64,000 nucleotides of DNA, taken from NCBI GenBank assembly GCA_023511795.1, contig JAIMAU010000001.1:138384-202383 (forward strand), given 5' to 3'. A program made the translations under genes and the position numbers. This document shows positions 30,853 to 41,489 of the stretch, one piece after another. The DNA comes from Armatimonadota bacterium. GTDB lineage: Bacteria; Armatimonadota; UBA5829; DTJY01. The notes beneath the pieces are model-generated. The model was not told the DNA's origin. It did not search any database and worked only from the letters and a program-made list of their open reading frames with translations. Numbering within the stretch: the first letter of the stretch is position 1; every line of letters begins with the position of its first letter.

Positions 30853-32436
30853 ATGCCAAAAGTCTTAATCTACGATACAACTTTGCGAGATGGTTCCCAG
30901 GGCGAAGGAATATCCCTCACTGTGGAGGATATGATTAAAATCGCCCTGCGGCTTGATGAGGCTGGTTTCCACTACATCGAAGGAGGCTGGCCAGGATCAA
31001 ATCCCAAGCATGAAGAGTTTTTTGAGCGCATGAAATCTGTGCCATTGTCTCAGGCGAAGCTAGCTGCTTTCGGAAGTACCAGACGTGCGAATGTTCGACC
31101 TGAGGAGGATGCAAATCTTATTAGCCTCATTAAGAGCGAGACCCCTGTTGTAACAATTTTTGGCAAATCATGGGATCTTCATGTCACCGACGCACTAAAG
31201 GTTGGCTTGGACCAAAACATCGAGATGATCCTAGATTCCGTGCAATTTCTAAAAAATCACGGAAAAGAAGTCATCTTTGATGCTGAGCATTTCTTCGATG
31301 GATTTAAGGCTAACCCAAGCTATGCTATAGACACGATAAAGGCTGCTGAAGCTGCCAATGCAGATGCCGTAGTGCTCTGTGATACAAATGGCGGTTCGTT
31401 GCCCGACGAGATAATAGCCGGTGTTCGAGCTGCTTGCAGTGCTGTGAATATACCAGTTGGTATTCATACCCACAACGATTCAGAAATGGCGGTTGCCAAT
31501 ACAATTGTTGCAGTGCAGAATGGCTCCGTGCAAGTACAAGGCACTGTCAACGGTTTTGGCGAACGATGTGGCAATGCCAACCTTTGCTCAATTATCCCAA
31601 TACTACAGCTTAAACTAGGAATAGAGTGTATCCCAGAATCGTCATTGGCCGAGCTAACGAGTCTTTCTAACTACGTTTATGAGATTGCAAACGTTGTACC
31701 AAACGACCGTCAGCCTTTCGTTGGCCGAAGTGCATTTGCTCACAAAGCCGGTGTTCACGTAGATGCAATAATGAAGAATGTTCGCACGTATGAACATATT
31801 GACCCAGAGAGAGTGGGTAATGTGCGAAGGGTGCTCATATCGGAGCTGTCTGGCGCGAGCAATATCGTCCATAAAGCTCAAAGATATGGGGTTGATCTCA
31901 CGAAGAAATCGCCTGAGACGCGCGAAGTGTTGAAAAAAATTGTTGAGCTGGAGAATGAGGGCTACTCATTTGAAGGTGCAGAAGCATCTTTTGAGTTGCT
32001 CCTTCAAAAGACGCTGGGTTCATATAAAAAGCTATTTGATTTAAAGAGTTTCCGTGTAATTGTTGAACAGCGGGGGACAGATCCAGAACCCATAACCGAG
32101 GCTACTCTAAGGGTAGCTGTTAATGGCGAGGAATTGCTTACAGTTGCAGAAGGCGATGGTCCGGTTCACGCATTGGACAATGCCCTTCGCAAAGCCCTTG
32201 AAAAGTTCTATCCCGAAGAGCTAAAACATATCAAGCTTACAGACTTTAAGGTCCGTGTGCTCGATGCAAAGCGGGCAACGGCGGCAGGAGTTCGTGCCAT
32301 TGTTGAATCAACCGACGGCACGTCATCATGGAGCACTGTAGGTGTCTCTACAAATATAATAGAAGCAAGCTGGCATGCGTTGGTTGATAGCGTCGAATAT
32401 GGTTTGCTGAAACTTATGCAAAAAAAATCCAATTAA
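30853..32436 (+). CDS. cimA: Citramalate synthase
   Basis: [42 protein letters not shown]. Confidence 0.9.
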   Translation: MPKVLIYDTTLRDGSQGEGISLTVEDMIKIALRLDEAGFHYIEGGWPGSNPKHEEFFERMKSVPLSQAKLAAFGSTRRANVRPEEDANLISLIKSETPVVTIFGKSWDLHVTDALKVGLDQNIEMILDSVQFLKNHGKEVIFDAEHFFDGFKANPSYAIDTIKAAEAANADAVVLCDTNGGSLPDEIIAGVRAACSAVNIPVGIHTHNDSEMAVANTIVAVQNGSVQVQGTVNGFGERCGNANLCSIIPILQLKLGIECIPESSLAELTSLSNYVYEIANVVPNDRQPFVGRSAFAHKAGVHVDAIMKNVRTYEHIDPERVGNVRRVLISELSGASNIVHKAQRYGVDLTKKSPETREVLKKIVELENEGYSFEGAEASFELLLQKTLGSYKKLFDLKSFRVIVEQRGTDPEPITEATLRVAVNGEELLTVAEGDGPVHALDNALRKALEKFYPEELKHIKLTDFKVRVLDAKRATAAGVRAIVESTDGTSSWSTVGVSTNIIEASWHALVDSVEYGLLKLMQKKSN

Positions 32437-32461
32437 AGGAAACTCTTTTTGGAATTTCTCG

Positions 32462-32502
32462 AGTGCCAGCCTTATGATAGGTATTAGGCTGGCACTTAGT
32501 TC
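32462..32502 (+). terminator. Hairpin terminator ending the ilv-leu operon
   Basis: AGTGCCAGCCT-N13-AGGCTGGCACT followed by T-rich sequence. Confidence 0.7.
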
Positions 32503-32521
32503 GTTTAATATATGTAGAGAA

Positions 32522-33361
32522 ATGAAGGTTAAGCTAGCTAATCCAGCAGGTTTTTGCTATGGCGTTCGGCGGGCTATTGACGTGGCGCTTGAGGCTGCTG
32601 AAAAGCATGGCACGCCTATGTATACCCTTGGCCCGCTGATTCACAACCCCCAAGTAATATTGAAGTTGGAAGAGCGAGGAATCCATGAAGTGCGCGACAT
32701 TGCAGATGCCCCGCAAGGAAGTTTTATAATCATGCCATCACATGGCGTTCCTCGTGAAGTAGTGCGTCAGGCCGAGAATCGCGGTCTTCAAGTGATAGAT
32801 GTTACATGCCCATTTGTTCGGAAAGTCCATGAAATTGCAGAAAACCTAGTTGCAGATGGCTACCAGGTAATAGTTCTGGGAGACCCGGGACATACAGAGG
32901 TTCGAGGAATAATGAGCGTGGCTGGGGGAAATGGCTTGGCAGTTTCCAATGTAAAAGATATAGATCCATCAAAGCTATGCAAGCGAGTTGGCATCATTTC
33001 GCAGACCACGCAGACAACTGAGCGTTTCGAGCAGCTTGTAGAAGAGGTTGCGCGGTGGGTAAAGGATATTCGGGCTCACAATACAATTTGTCATGCGACC
33101 ACAAGACTCCAAAAGGCGGCGCTGGACCTTGCAGCGGAGGTGGATGTAATGCTGGTCATCGGCGGCCACAATAGCGCAAATACACGCCGGCTTGCAGAAA
33201 TATGCGCAGATACAGGCGTCCCAACACACCATATTGAAGTTGCTAGCGAGCTGGAGGATTCTTGGTTTACAGGTGTTCAGACTGTAGGTGTTACTGCTGG
33301 TGCATCGACACCAGATTGGATAATCGAAGAAGTAGTTAAAAAGTTGGAAAGTTGGGATTGA
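32522..33361 (+). CDS. ispH: 4-hydroxy-3-methylbut-2-enyl diphosphate reductase
   Basis: GFCYGVRRA, IHNP, DVTCPFV, TICHAT, SANT, TAGASTPDW. Confidence 0.96.
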   Translation: MKVKLANPAGFCYGVRRAIDVALEAAEKHGTPMYTLGPLIHNPQVILKLEERGIHEVRDIADAPQGSFIIMPSHGVPREVVRQAENRGLQVIDVTCPFVRKVHEIAENLVADGYQVIVLGDPGHTEVRGIMSVAGGNGLAVSNVKDIDPSKLCKRVGIISQTTQTTERFEQLVEEVARWVKDIRAHNTICHATTRLQKAALDLAAEVDVMLVIGGHNSANTRRLAEICADTGVPTHHIEVASELEDSWFTGVQTVGVTAGASTPDWIIEEVVKKLESWD

Positions 33362-33406
33362 AAGACGTTAAGGCAATAGATACATTCTCTGTGAAACTAC
33401 TTTCCC

Positions 33407-34714
33407 ATGAAAAAGCTAAATTCAAAAATCGCAAAAGTAGCACAAGGCAGTCCAGCAGAAATAGCTGGAATTAGGCCAGGCGATATTCTTGTTTCTCTGA
33501 ACGCTCATAAGATATGCGATGTACTTGATTACAGGTTTTTTGGAGCTGACGAAGAAGTAGAGGTGGAGGTTCTGAGAAATGGAAGCCGGATTGTGAGTAC
33601 TATTCGCAAAGAACTTGGTGAAGACCTAGGCATTGAGTTTGTCGAAGAGCTGTTCGACGGGGTCCGCATTTGTCGTAATAATTGTATCTTTTGCTTCCTT
33701 AAGCAAATGCCGCCAGGTCTTAGGAAATCGCTTTATTTGCGAGATGATGACTTTCGATTATCTTTCGTCCACGGGAATTATATTACACTTACTAATCTGA
33801 ACGATGACGATGTTGAGCGCATAGTCTCCCAGAAAATGAGCCCACTATATGTTTCTGTTCACTCAACTGACCCAAAAATTCGCGAATGTATGCTTGGTAA
33901 TAAAAAGGCAGGGCAGATTATGAAGGAGCTCAAACGTCTTGCCGACGCCGGGATAACATTGCATGCTCAGATTGTACTTTGCCCCGGAATTAATGATGGG
34001 GAAAGTCTTGAACGAACGGTTTATGATCTTGGTACGCTCTATCCTTCGGTTGCTTCAGTTGCAATAGTTCCAGTTGGTCTTACTCGGTATCGAGAAGGAC
34101 TAGTGCCGATTGAACCAGTTGATTCAGTTTTGGCAACAGAAGTATTGGATGCATGTATATCGTGGCAGCAGCGGTTCCGGCGTAGTTTGGGCACGCGTTT
34201 TGTTTTTCCTGCAGATGAATTTTATCTCCTGGCTGGCCGCCCATTCCCATCACGACGTACTTATGAGGGCTTTCCTCAACTTGAGGATGGAGTGGGACTC
34301 TCACGACTCTTCTTGGACGACCTTAGGAAAGTGGAACGGAGAGCAAATAACACTGTACTGCGCGCAGGGAAGTACGTCTTAGTGACAGGTGTGCTGGCGG
34401 CAAATATGGTTCGGGAATTGGCGGAAATTTTGAATCAAATCCCTGGCATTCGGTGTAGAATCTGTATAGTAAAGAATGTGTTTTTTGGAGAAACTGTAAC
34501 GGTTGCCGGCTTACTGACAGGAAGTGATATTGCATTCTCGTTGGCGGATGTTGCTCCTGATGAAATTGTATTAATACCGTCTGTGGCTCTCAAAGACGGC
34601 CTGTTTCTTGACGATATGAGCTTGAATGAACTAAGTCATACGGTCGGTGCAAGAACTGAAGCAGTCGAACCAACCCCGATGGGCGCTTTTAAGCGGTTGT
34701 GTGAGGATACCTGA
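33407..34714 (+). CDS. PDZ + radical-SAM-like DUF512 protein
   Basis: N-terminal PDZ, CRNNCIFC, DDDFRLSF.HGNY, QLEDGVG; typical neighbour of der. Confidence 0.9.
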   Translation: MKKLNSKIAKVAQGSPAEIAGIRPGDILVSLNAHKICDVLDYRFFGADEEVEVEVLRNGSRIVSTIRKELGEDLGIEFVEELFDGVRICRNNCIFCFLKQMPPGLRKSLYLRDDDFRLSFVHGNYITLTNLNDDDVERIVSQKMSPLYVSVHSTDPKIRECMLGNKKAGQIMKELKRLADAGITLHAQIVLCPGINDGESLERTVYDLGTLYPSVASVAIVPVGLTRYREGLVPIEPVDSVLATEVLDACISWQQRFRRSLGTRFVFPADEFYLLAGRPFPSRRTYEGFPQLEDGVGLSRLFLDDLRKVERRANNTVLRAGKYVLVTGVLAANMVRELAEILNQIPGIRCRICIVKNVFFGETVTVAGLLTGSDIAFSLADVAPDEIVLIPSVALKDGLFLDDMSLNELSHTVGARTEAVEPTPMGAFKRLCEDT

Positions 34715-34724
34715 GGTGATTTAA

Positions 34725-36053
34725 TTGTCAAATCCAATGGTTGCTGTCGTCGGTCGGCCAAATGTGGGCAAATCTACGCTTTTCAATAGGCTGGTCGGCA
34801 AGAGAATCGCAATTGTAGAAGATGTTCCTGGTGTTACGCGAGATAGGCTTTATGCTGAGGCTGAGTGGCTTGGGCGTAACTTTATGTTGATTGATACCGG
34901 CGGTCTAATTTTGAATGAGAAAGACCCACTAACTGTTCAAGTGAGAGCGCAGGCTGAGATTGCTATATCCGAAGCCGATGTAATAGTTTTCTTAGTAGAT
35001 GTTACTGAGGGAGTCACGCCTGCAGATATGGAGGTCGCGGACGTTTTGCGTCGCACGCGCAAGCCTGTATTGGTAGCAGTAAACAAGGTTGATAACGAGC
35101 GCCTGGAACGGGAATCCATTGAGTTTTTCTCTTTAGGTTTAGGCGATATATATCCTATTTCCTCGCTCCACGGCCGTGGGGTGGCTGAGTTGCTGGATAA
35201 AATCATTGAAAATTTGCCAGTTCCTACCGCCGAAGAAGTTTATTCCGAAGAAGTTATAAAGATAGCAATTATTGGCCGTCCAAATGTTGGGAAGTCGTCT
35301 CTTCTAAATGCAATTATAAAAGAAGAGAGAGCTATTGTAAGCGATATTCCAGGCACAACACGCGACGCAATCGATACGTATTTTGAACACGGTGACCAAA
35401 GGTTCGTACTAATTGACACGGCCGGTATTAGGCGTGCAGGAAAAATCCAGCGTTCTATTGAATACTATTCGGTACTTCGAGCTGTTCGTGCCCTTGAACG
35501 GGCAGATGTCGCACTTGTAGTGATGGACGCATCGGAGGGAGTAGTGGACGGCGACAAGCGTGTGGCTGGTTATTCCCATGACGCTGGAAAGGCCGCTGTT
35601 ATTGTAGTCAACAAATGGGATTTGGCTAAGAAGCAGGGGAAGACAATTAATGGATTTACAGAGCTAGTTCGTCGTGAGATGCCTTTTATGAACTATGCGC
35701 CCATTGTATTTACATCTGCGATAGAAGGCACGGGAATTTCCGAATTGCTTGGTTGCGCCGCCATCGCATCCCAAAATCATGCGTTGAGGCTTCCAACTGG
35801 CGAGCTCAATCGGTTGATTGGCGATATTGTAGATGCAAGGCCGTATTCCGAAAAAGGAAGGGAATTTCGGGTGTATTATGCTACAATGCCATCGGTGCGG
35901 CCGCCGACAATTGTGCTCTTTACAAACGACCCAGACCTGCTTCATTTTTCATACCAGCGATACATCGAAAACCAACTTAGGAAGCATTATACATATGAGG
36001 GCACACCAATAAGGATTTTTGCAAGGAAAGCTGAACATAGCAGGTCTCATTAG
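34725..36053 (+). CDS. der: Ribosome biogenesis GTPase Der
   Basis: Two GRPNVGKS G-domains, DTGG/DTAG, NKVD/NKWD, GTPI. Confidence 0.97.
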   Translation: MSNPMVAVVGRPNVGKSTLFNRLVGKRIAIVEDVPGVTRDRLYAEAEWLGRNFMLIDTGGLILNEKDPLTVQVRAQAEIAISEADVIVFLVDVTEGVTPADMEVADVLRRTRKPVLVAVNKVDNERLERESIEFFSLGLGDIYPISSLHGRGVAELLDKIIENLPVPTAEEVYSEEVIKIAIIGRPNVGKSSLLNAIIKEERAIVSDIPGTTRDAIDTYFEHGDQRFVLIDTAGIRRAGKIQRSIEYYSVLRAVRALERADVALVVMDASEGVVDGDKRVAGYSHDAGKAAVIVVNKWDLAKKQGKTINGFTELVRREMPFMNYAPIVFTSAIEGTGISELLGCAAIASQNHALRLPTGELNRLIGDIVDARPYSEKGREFRVYYATMPSVRPPTIVLFTNDPDLLHFSYQRYIENQLRKHYTYEGTPIRIFARKAEHSRSH

Positions 36054-36104
36054 GAAAAGGAAAACCTTTCCAATCAACAAGGAGGTAGTTCAATCTAAAA
36101 AGCG

Positions 36105-36719
36105 ATGGGTGAAGCGATAATTTTAATTGCAAGTTACTTATTGGGTGCAGTGCCTTTTGGCTTAATAATTGCAAAAGCATGGCGTGGCATTGACGTTCGC
36201 AAGGTGGGCAGTGGGAACATTGGTGCAACTAATGTCTACCGAACACTTGGTTTGGCACCAGGAATCACCGTTTTTATTGCCGATGTACTTAAAGGTTTCA
36301 TTCCAACTTTAATGGCAATCAGGTTATTCGATCAACCCTGGGTAGCTGTGGCAGCAGGACTTTCAGCAATTATCGGCCATAGCTTGTCGGTGTTTCTTAA
36401 GTTCAAGGGTGGCAAGGGAGTTGCAACTAGCCTTGGAGTTGCCATTGGGCTTGCACCGTTGATTGCGTTAATGGCATTTGGAATTTGGATGGCAATTGTA
36501 CTAGCGACAAGGTATGTTTCCGTTGCTTCAATTGTTGCAGTTTTGAGCGTTCCGCCGCTAATGTGGGCGTTTGGAAAACCTTTGGAGTATAAATTATTTG
36601 CACTTCTTGTTGCCGTATTTGTAATAGTGAAACATCGGTCAAACATTCTAAGGCTTATTCAAGGTAAGGAACTACGATTTGTGAAGCACAATGAGAAAAC
36701 GGAGGAGCAAAATGGTTAA
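36105..36719 (+). CDS. plsY: Glycerol-3-phosphate acyltransferase
   Basis: [22 protein letters not shown]. Confidence 0.96.
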   Translation: MGEAIILIASYLLGAVPFGLIIAKAWRGIDVRKVGSGNIGATNVYRTLGLAPGITVFIADVLKGFIPTLMAIRLFDQPWVAVAAGLSAIIGHSLSVFLKFKGGKGVATSLGVAIGLAPLIALMAFGIWMAIVLATRYVSVASIVAVLSVPPLMWAFGKPLEYKLFALLVAVFVIVKHRSNILRLIQGKELRFVKHNEKTEEQNG

Positions 36720-37242
36720 AGGAGTTGAAGGAGACCCATTGGTAGCGCTGGCCAGAGAAGCCATAGAGGAATACGTTCGCTTTGGGAGAGTAAAAGCCGT
36801 GCCCAATCCACTTCCGCCTGAAATGGAACCTCGCGCTGGGGTGTTTGTCAGCTTGAAAAAGTTTGGACAATTGCGTGGATGCATAGGGACAATCGAACCT
36901 ATACGTGCAAACCTAGCAGAAGAAATCATTGAAAATGCAATAAGTGCTTCTACTAGAGACCCTCGGTTCGAACCCGTAGCTGAAGATGAGCTTGACGATC
37001 TTTCAATTTCAGTGGATGTGCTGAGCCATCCGGAACCGATTTCTAGCATGGCTGAGCTTGACCCCAAAAAGTACGGAGTCATTGTTGAAAGTGGGTGGAA
37101 GCGTGGCTTGTTGCTTCCCGACCTCGACGGGGTTGATACAGTTGAGGACCAAGTTGGTATAGCCATGCGTAAGGCTGGGATTATAGATGGCGAGCCCATC
37201 CAACTATACCGTTTTGAAGTTAAGCGACATGGTGGTGGATAG
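36712..37242 (+). CDS. AMMECR1-domain (AmmeMemoRadiSam protein A-like) protein
   Basis: GVFVSL, LRGCIGT, DPRF, GLLLP. Confidence 0.92.
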   Translation: MVKGVEGDPLVALAREAIEEYVRFGRVKAVPNPLPPEMEPRAGVFVSLKKFGQLRGCIGTIEPIRANLAEEIIENAISASTRDPRFEPVAEDELDDLSISVDVLSHPEPISSMAELDPKKYGVIVESGWKRGLLLPDLDGVDTVEDQVGIAMRKAGIIDGEPIQLYRFEVKRHGGG

Positions 37243-37837
37243 GGACCAACAGCCTAGAATTATCCTTGCGTCGGCTTCTCCTCGAAGGCGGGATCTTCTA
37301 TCCCTAATTGTATCCAGATTTGAAGTCATTCCGAGCGACTTTGATGAATCTGTTCTTCCTCTATGGCCGCCTGAGAATCATGTTGTGCAATCAGCTCTAT
37401 CTAAGGCTAATAATGTAGCAGTAAGAATCTCGGATGGAATTGTTATCGGTGCCGACACAATTGTAGTGGTAGGGAACGAAGTTCTTGGGAAGCCGACCGA
37501 TGCGGAAGATGCACGTCGGATGCTTAAACTTCTTTCCGGGCGCTCGCATTATGTCTATACTGGCGTCTGCGTAGTCCAAAGAGCTAAAAACCATACTTGC
37601 CAAACATTTATTGACTATGTGCGGACCGAAGTCAGTTTTTGCGCACTAGACGACGAATTCATAGATGCCTACATTGCGACAGGCGAACCGCTCGACAAAG
37701 CCGGTGCATACGGCATTCAAGAGCGAGGTAGCTTGTTGGTTGAGGGCATAATAGGTGATTACTTCAATGTCGTTGGCCTACCAGTGTTTCGACTCAGCCG
37801 GATGCTCTATAAGGTTGGAGTTCCCTTCTTTGGTTAA
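37229..37837 (+). CDS. maf: Maf nucleoside triphosphate pyrophosphatase
   Basis: [29 protein letters not shown]. Confidence 0.95.
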   Translation: MVVDRDQQPRIILASASPRRRDLLSLIVSRFEVIPSDFDESVLPLWPPENHVVQSALSKANNVAVRISDGIVIGADTIVVVGNEVLGKPTDAEDARRMLKLLSGRSHYVYTGVCVVQRAKNHTCQTFIDYVRTEVSFCALDDEFIDAYIATGEPLDKAGAYGIQERGSLLVEGIIGDYFNVVGLPVFRLSRMLYKVGVPFFG

Positions 37838-37848
37838 AAGATATTGCT

Positions 37849-39054
37849 ATGGACCTTGAAATTGTCAATTTTCTCCTAAGTCCTGATGGCGAGGAGTTGC
37901 TAAATAAGGCTAAAACCCTTGATGGGGATTTCCTCTTGCGCCTTGAAAAACTGCGAAAAGAATATCCAAGCAAGTTTGCCAGCGCTGCACTTGAATTACT
38001 TGATTTAAGGGAAAGAGCGCGGAGAAAGTTTGTTCTTGCAGATCAAATGTTTTTCACTCGGGAAGCTCTTGAGCAATCATCGGGCGAGACTATTTCCAAA
38101 TACCGCGCTGAACGTTTTTATCAGAATGGCAGCGTCTTCGACCTCGGATGTGGAATTGGGGGCGATACTCTTGGATTGGCGACGCAGTGCTTTGTGACGG
38201 CGGTAGAAAAGGACCCTGTCAGACTTGCGATGGCAAAACGAAATGTCGAGGTTTATGGCTTTGCAGAACGCGTAGATTTCGTCAATGCCGATGTAACCCA
38301 GATACCACTAAAAGCCACCGCCGCCTTTATTGACCCATCTCGACGTGGCAGGGGGCAGCGTGCTAGGAGCCTCGCCGATATAGAGCCTTCCGCCAGTTTT
38401 CTTCATCACCTTGCGGATGTTGTTTCAGATGTGGCCATCAAGCTATCGCCAGTGTTCAAAGACGGGGAATTGGAGTCCTTCGATGGGGAGATTGAGTTCA
38501 TATCCGAAAATGGTGAGTGCAAAGAAGCTGTGGTTTGGCTTGGGGGGCTCAAAACAGCTAGTCGGCGTGCGACAATCCTTCCGTCTCGCGCAACTTTGAT
38601 AGATGAACCAGTTGAACATGTGCCTGTCAGCGCTCCCGCTGCATATATTTATGAGCCGGATCCGTGTGTTATTCGCGCACATCTTGTCGAACAGCTAGCA
38701 CATCGGATTGGTGCAGAGAAGATAGACGAGCAAATTGCATATCTTACGTCAGATGAACGGGTATCAACTCCGTTCGCAGACGTTTACCATGTGATTGACC
38801 ATATGCCTTTCAGTTTGAAGAATATTAAAACCCGCTTGCGAGAGCTAGATGTAGGCAAGGTGATAGTCAAGAAAAGAGGCGTTCCATTTGAGCCGCTCGA
38901 AATTGAGCGGCGGCTAAAGCTGCCTGGTAGTAGAGAAGTGTTACTCATTCTTACTCGTGTCGCTGGAAAGCCTTGGGCGTTGATATGCACGCCGGTCACA
39001 GAGGGAGCCGAAAGCAAAGCTCCTGCGGCACGTCAGGGGGTTGCTGTTGATTAA
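37849..39054 (+). CDS. Class I SAM-dependent methyltransferase with THUMP-like domain
   Basis: ALEQSS, DLGCGIGGD, FIDPSRR, YIYEPD. Confidence 0.85.
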   Translation: MDLEIVNFLLSPDGEELLNKAKTLDGDFLLRLEKLRKEYPSKFASAALELLDLRERARRKFVLADQMFFTREALEQSSGETISKYRAERFYQNGSVFDLGCGIGGDTLGLATQCFVTAVEKDPVRLAMAKRNVEVYGFAERVDFVNADVTQIPLKATAAFIDPSRRGRGQRARSLADIEPSASFLHHLADVVSDVAIKLSPVFKDGELESFDGEIEFISENGECKEAVVWLGGLKTASRRATILPSRATLIDEPVEHVPVSAPAAYIYEPDPCVIRAHLVEQLAHRIGAEKIDEQIAYLTSDERVSTPFADVYHVIDHMPFSLKNIKTRLRELDVGKVIVKKRGVPFEPLEIERRLKLPGSREVLLILTRVAGKPWALICTPVTEGAESKAPAARQGVAVD

Positions 39055-40045
39055 TAAGCACTTATTAATCATTATTATTTTGGCGTCCTTCGGATCTTGC
39101 GCAGGTGCTGGGCCTAGTGTTGAGTGCATAGATTATCGAGGATGGAGCGGTTCCTATCGCATGAGCGCAGGACGATATAGCCTTGTTGTTGTTCCTGCAA
39201 TAGGTGGGAGGATAATGGAATACTCACTCGATGGACGCAATGTTATTTGGGAGAATGCTGAAGAATTTGGGAAGGTGTATGAAATAACAAACGATTGGAG
39301 GAATTATGGCGGTTATAAGACGTGGGTCTCGCCTCAAGATTACTGGCATTGGCCTCCCGACCCCATACTAGACAGAGGGAAAGCAGTTGTCGAAGTCTTT
39401 GATAGGGATGGTAGAAAATGGCTTAGAATCATTGGCCAGCCAAGCTTGAAAAGTGGTGTAATGTTCATCAAGGAGCTTACACTTGATGAAAATGGCGAGG
39501 TGACACTTATACAAAAGATGCGCGCGGTCGGCAAACCGCCTACAAAGTGGGGCATCCACGACGTCACTCAGGTGAGAACTCCTTGCTTGGTGGTTTTTCC
39601 TATTCGGTCAGACACGCGCGTGCCAGGTGGAATCAAATACCTTTTTGGAGATCCTAAGAAGACAGCACAGTTCACAGTACGTGATGGTCTTTGCATTACA
39701 AGTTATCATGGCCAAGTTTACCAAATAGGTGCGGAATCTGATGGCCCATGGATGATATGGTTTCAAGATGATATGGCATATGTGAAGCTTTTTCCGCCTA
39801 TGAAGCGTGACGCTGAATATGGTGATAGAGGTTCGTCAGCTGTTGTGTTTACTAGCAATGGTAAACTTGGGTATTTGGAGATGGAGGTATTAGGTCCGCT
39901 GATAGATCTTTCAAAGGGTGAAGAGACCGAATTGATAGAACGATGGCGGCTCTTCCGCCTTGATGAATGTGTAAAAAGCCAGTACTCGATAAAGCGCATA
40001 ATTAGAGAGATGGAGCGAAAGGGTTTAATCCCATCTAGAGGCTAG
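39041..40045 (+). CDS. Exported DUF4380/aldose-epimerase-like beta-sandwich protein
   Basis: Signal peptide; VVPAIGGRIM, NYGGYKTW..PQ, YLEMEVLGPL. Confidence 0.65.
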   Translation: MLLINKHLLIIIILASFGSCAGAGPSVECIDYRGWSGSYRMSAGRYSLVVVPAIGGRIMEYSLDGRNVIWENAEEFGKVYEITNDWRNYGGYKTWVSPQDYWHWPPDPILDRGKAVVEVFDRDGRKWLRIIGQPSLKSGVMFIKELTLDENGEVTLIQKMRAVGKPPTKWGIHDVTQVRTPCLVVFPIRSDTRVPGGIKYLFGDPKKTAQFTVRDGLCITSYHGQVYQIGAESDGPWMIWFQDDMAYVKLFPPMKRDAEYGDRGSSAVVFTSNGKLGYLEMEVLGPLIDLSKGEETELIERWRLFRLDECVKSQYSIKRIIREMERKGLIPSRG

Positions 40046-40060
40046 GGAAGGAGAGGAAAA

Positions 40061-40387
40061 ATGCCGATATTTGATTACAGATGCTTGGATTGTCGAAAAC
40101 GATTCAGCTTATTAGTCGGAGTCGTTGCAAAAGGTCCTCAGCTTCGATGCCCAAATTGCGGGAGTGTGAAAATCAAGAAGCTTATTTCCCGGTTCTCAGC
40201 CCTCCGCTCGGAAGATGATATCATTGATGATTTAGCAGACCCTTCCAAAATCGGCGACCTCGACAACCCAAAAGAATTGCGCAGTTGGGCAAAGCGCATG
40301 AGCCGAGAATGGGGCGAAGATTTTGGTGACGAGATCGACGAAGCTTTTGAGGAAGCAGAGTCAGGCTCTGATATGGAAATTGATTAA
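40061..40387 (+). CDS. FmdB-family zinc ribbon protein
   Basis: MPIFDYRCLDC...CPNCGS...KLISRF. Confidence 0.9.
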   Translation: MPIFDYRCLDCRKRFSLLVGVVAKGPQLRCPNCGSVKIKKLISRFSALRSEDDIIDDLADPSKIGDLDNPKELRSWAKRMSREWGEDFGDEIDEAFEEAESGSDMEID

Positions 40388-40417
40388 ATGCTTAGAAGCG
40401 AGCGTCCCCAAAATAAA

Positions 40418-41107
40418 TTATTTAGCTGTCTTGAACTCAGCCTTGCCGTTGATTACTACTGCATCATTTTTTATTGCAATGCTAGTCAATGCCACAGGAA
40501 ACTGCATCTCTCCGAGGTCGAGCACGGGGTTCATTCGATCAAGTACCTTGTTAACCACTAGTGCTGGAATCGGGAGCCTAGCTAATGATGCGCCGTCGGC
40601 TACAAAGTTTATTTTATCCTTGCTTGCGATTACTGGCTTGCCTGTAACTTTGAATTCTACTCCAATGCCCAAAACTGAGGGACGTGCGGTTACTGTGAGT
40701 TTACCCTCCTGGAGATCCAGGGTCAGTCCTTTAATATCGGGTCTAGCAGCGCAAATATAATCATTTATAGACTTCTCGGCTACCTCGGCTGTAAAGACAG
40801 TTGCAGCAACGCTTCGTATCTGACGTGTTTCAGGATCTGCTTCCACTTTGTCCATATCCACAATTAGGCGGTCCACCATCAGGTTTTCGGAGATTTGAAC
40901 CTCCAAGCCTTCGATGTGCAGGTGCTCGAATTTACCTCGGAGCATGGGCTCGCTGGGCCCTAGTGCCTTAACTGAATACTTCTTTGCAGGACCAATATAT
41001 TGCGGCAGACTATCCTCAATACCCTCTGCTATCTTTGAGCGAATAACGCCTCCGATGCAACCTGCAACTAGAAATGAAAACGCTAAGAGCGCAGTAATTT
41101 TTCTCAC
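40418..41107 (-). CDS. DUF2993/LmeA-like lipoprotein
   Basis: Lipobox LVAGC; MLRGKFEHLHIEG; SMP/TULIP-like pattern. Confidence 0.7.
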   Translation of the reverse strand: MRKITALLAFSFLVAGCIGGVIRSKIAEGIEDSLPQYIGPAKKYSVKALGPSEPMLRGKFEHLHIEGLEVQISENLMVDRLIVDMDKVEADPETRQIRSVAATVFTAEVAEKSINDYICAARPDIKGLTLDLQEGKLTVTARPSVLGIGVEFKVTGKPVIASKDKINFVADGASLARLPIPALVVNKVLDRMNPVLDLGEMQFPVALTSIAIKNDAVVINGKAEFKTAK

Positions 41108-41133
41108 GATTCTACAAACCCCTTAGACCAGTT

Positions 41134-41167
41134 AAATAAATTGAGGCAGGTTCAAAGTGCACCTGCC
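41134..41167 (-). terminator. Putative terminator
   Basis: GGCAGGT-N9-ACCTGCC with an A-rich flank on the + strand. Confidence 0.5.
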
Positions 41168-41211
41168 CTAATATTATACGAAATTTGAAACCCAGCATCT
41201 AGTTTATGGGG

Positions 41212-41457
41212 TTATTCCGGATGGACGCCTGTGGGTTCCTCTTCGCCAATCTCTTCGTAGCTGGCAGCTGCTTCGATTGTGGGTTCTTGATGTGCCATAG
41301 CTGCTGACATCCTGAGATCATCCAGTTTACCCGCCGCACGGGCGGCTTCGATGACCCCATACGTAATAATTTCGCCTTCTTTTACTATGATATGTCCGCT
41401 GTCATCAAATATCGTAAGGCGTGATGGAGTGCCGATTAACGCTGCTAAGTCTGCCAT
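41212..41457 (-). CDS. Small protein with one copy of a G..(V/I).D..G..I...G..IT...A...G.L..L repeat
   Basis: RBS AGGAGGTG; homologous to the two repeats of the upstream gene. Confidence 0.75.
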   Translation of the reverse strand: MADLAALIGTPSRLTIFDDSGHIIVKEGEIITYGVIEAARAAGKLDDLRMSAAMAHQEPTIEAAASYEEIGEEEPTGVHPE

Positions 41458-41489
41458 CTTATAACACCTCCTGTACGCATTTTGAGTAA

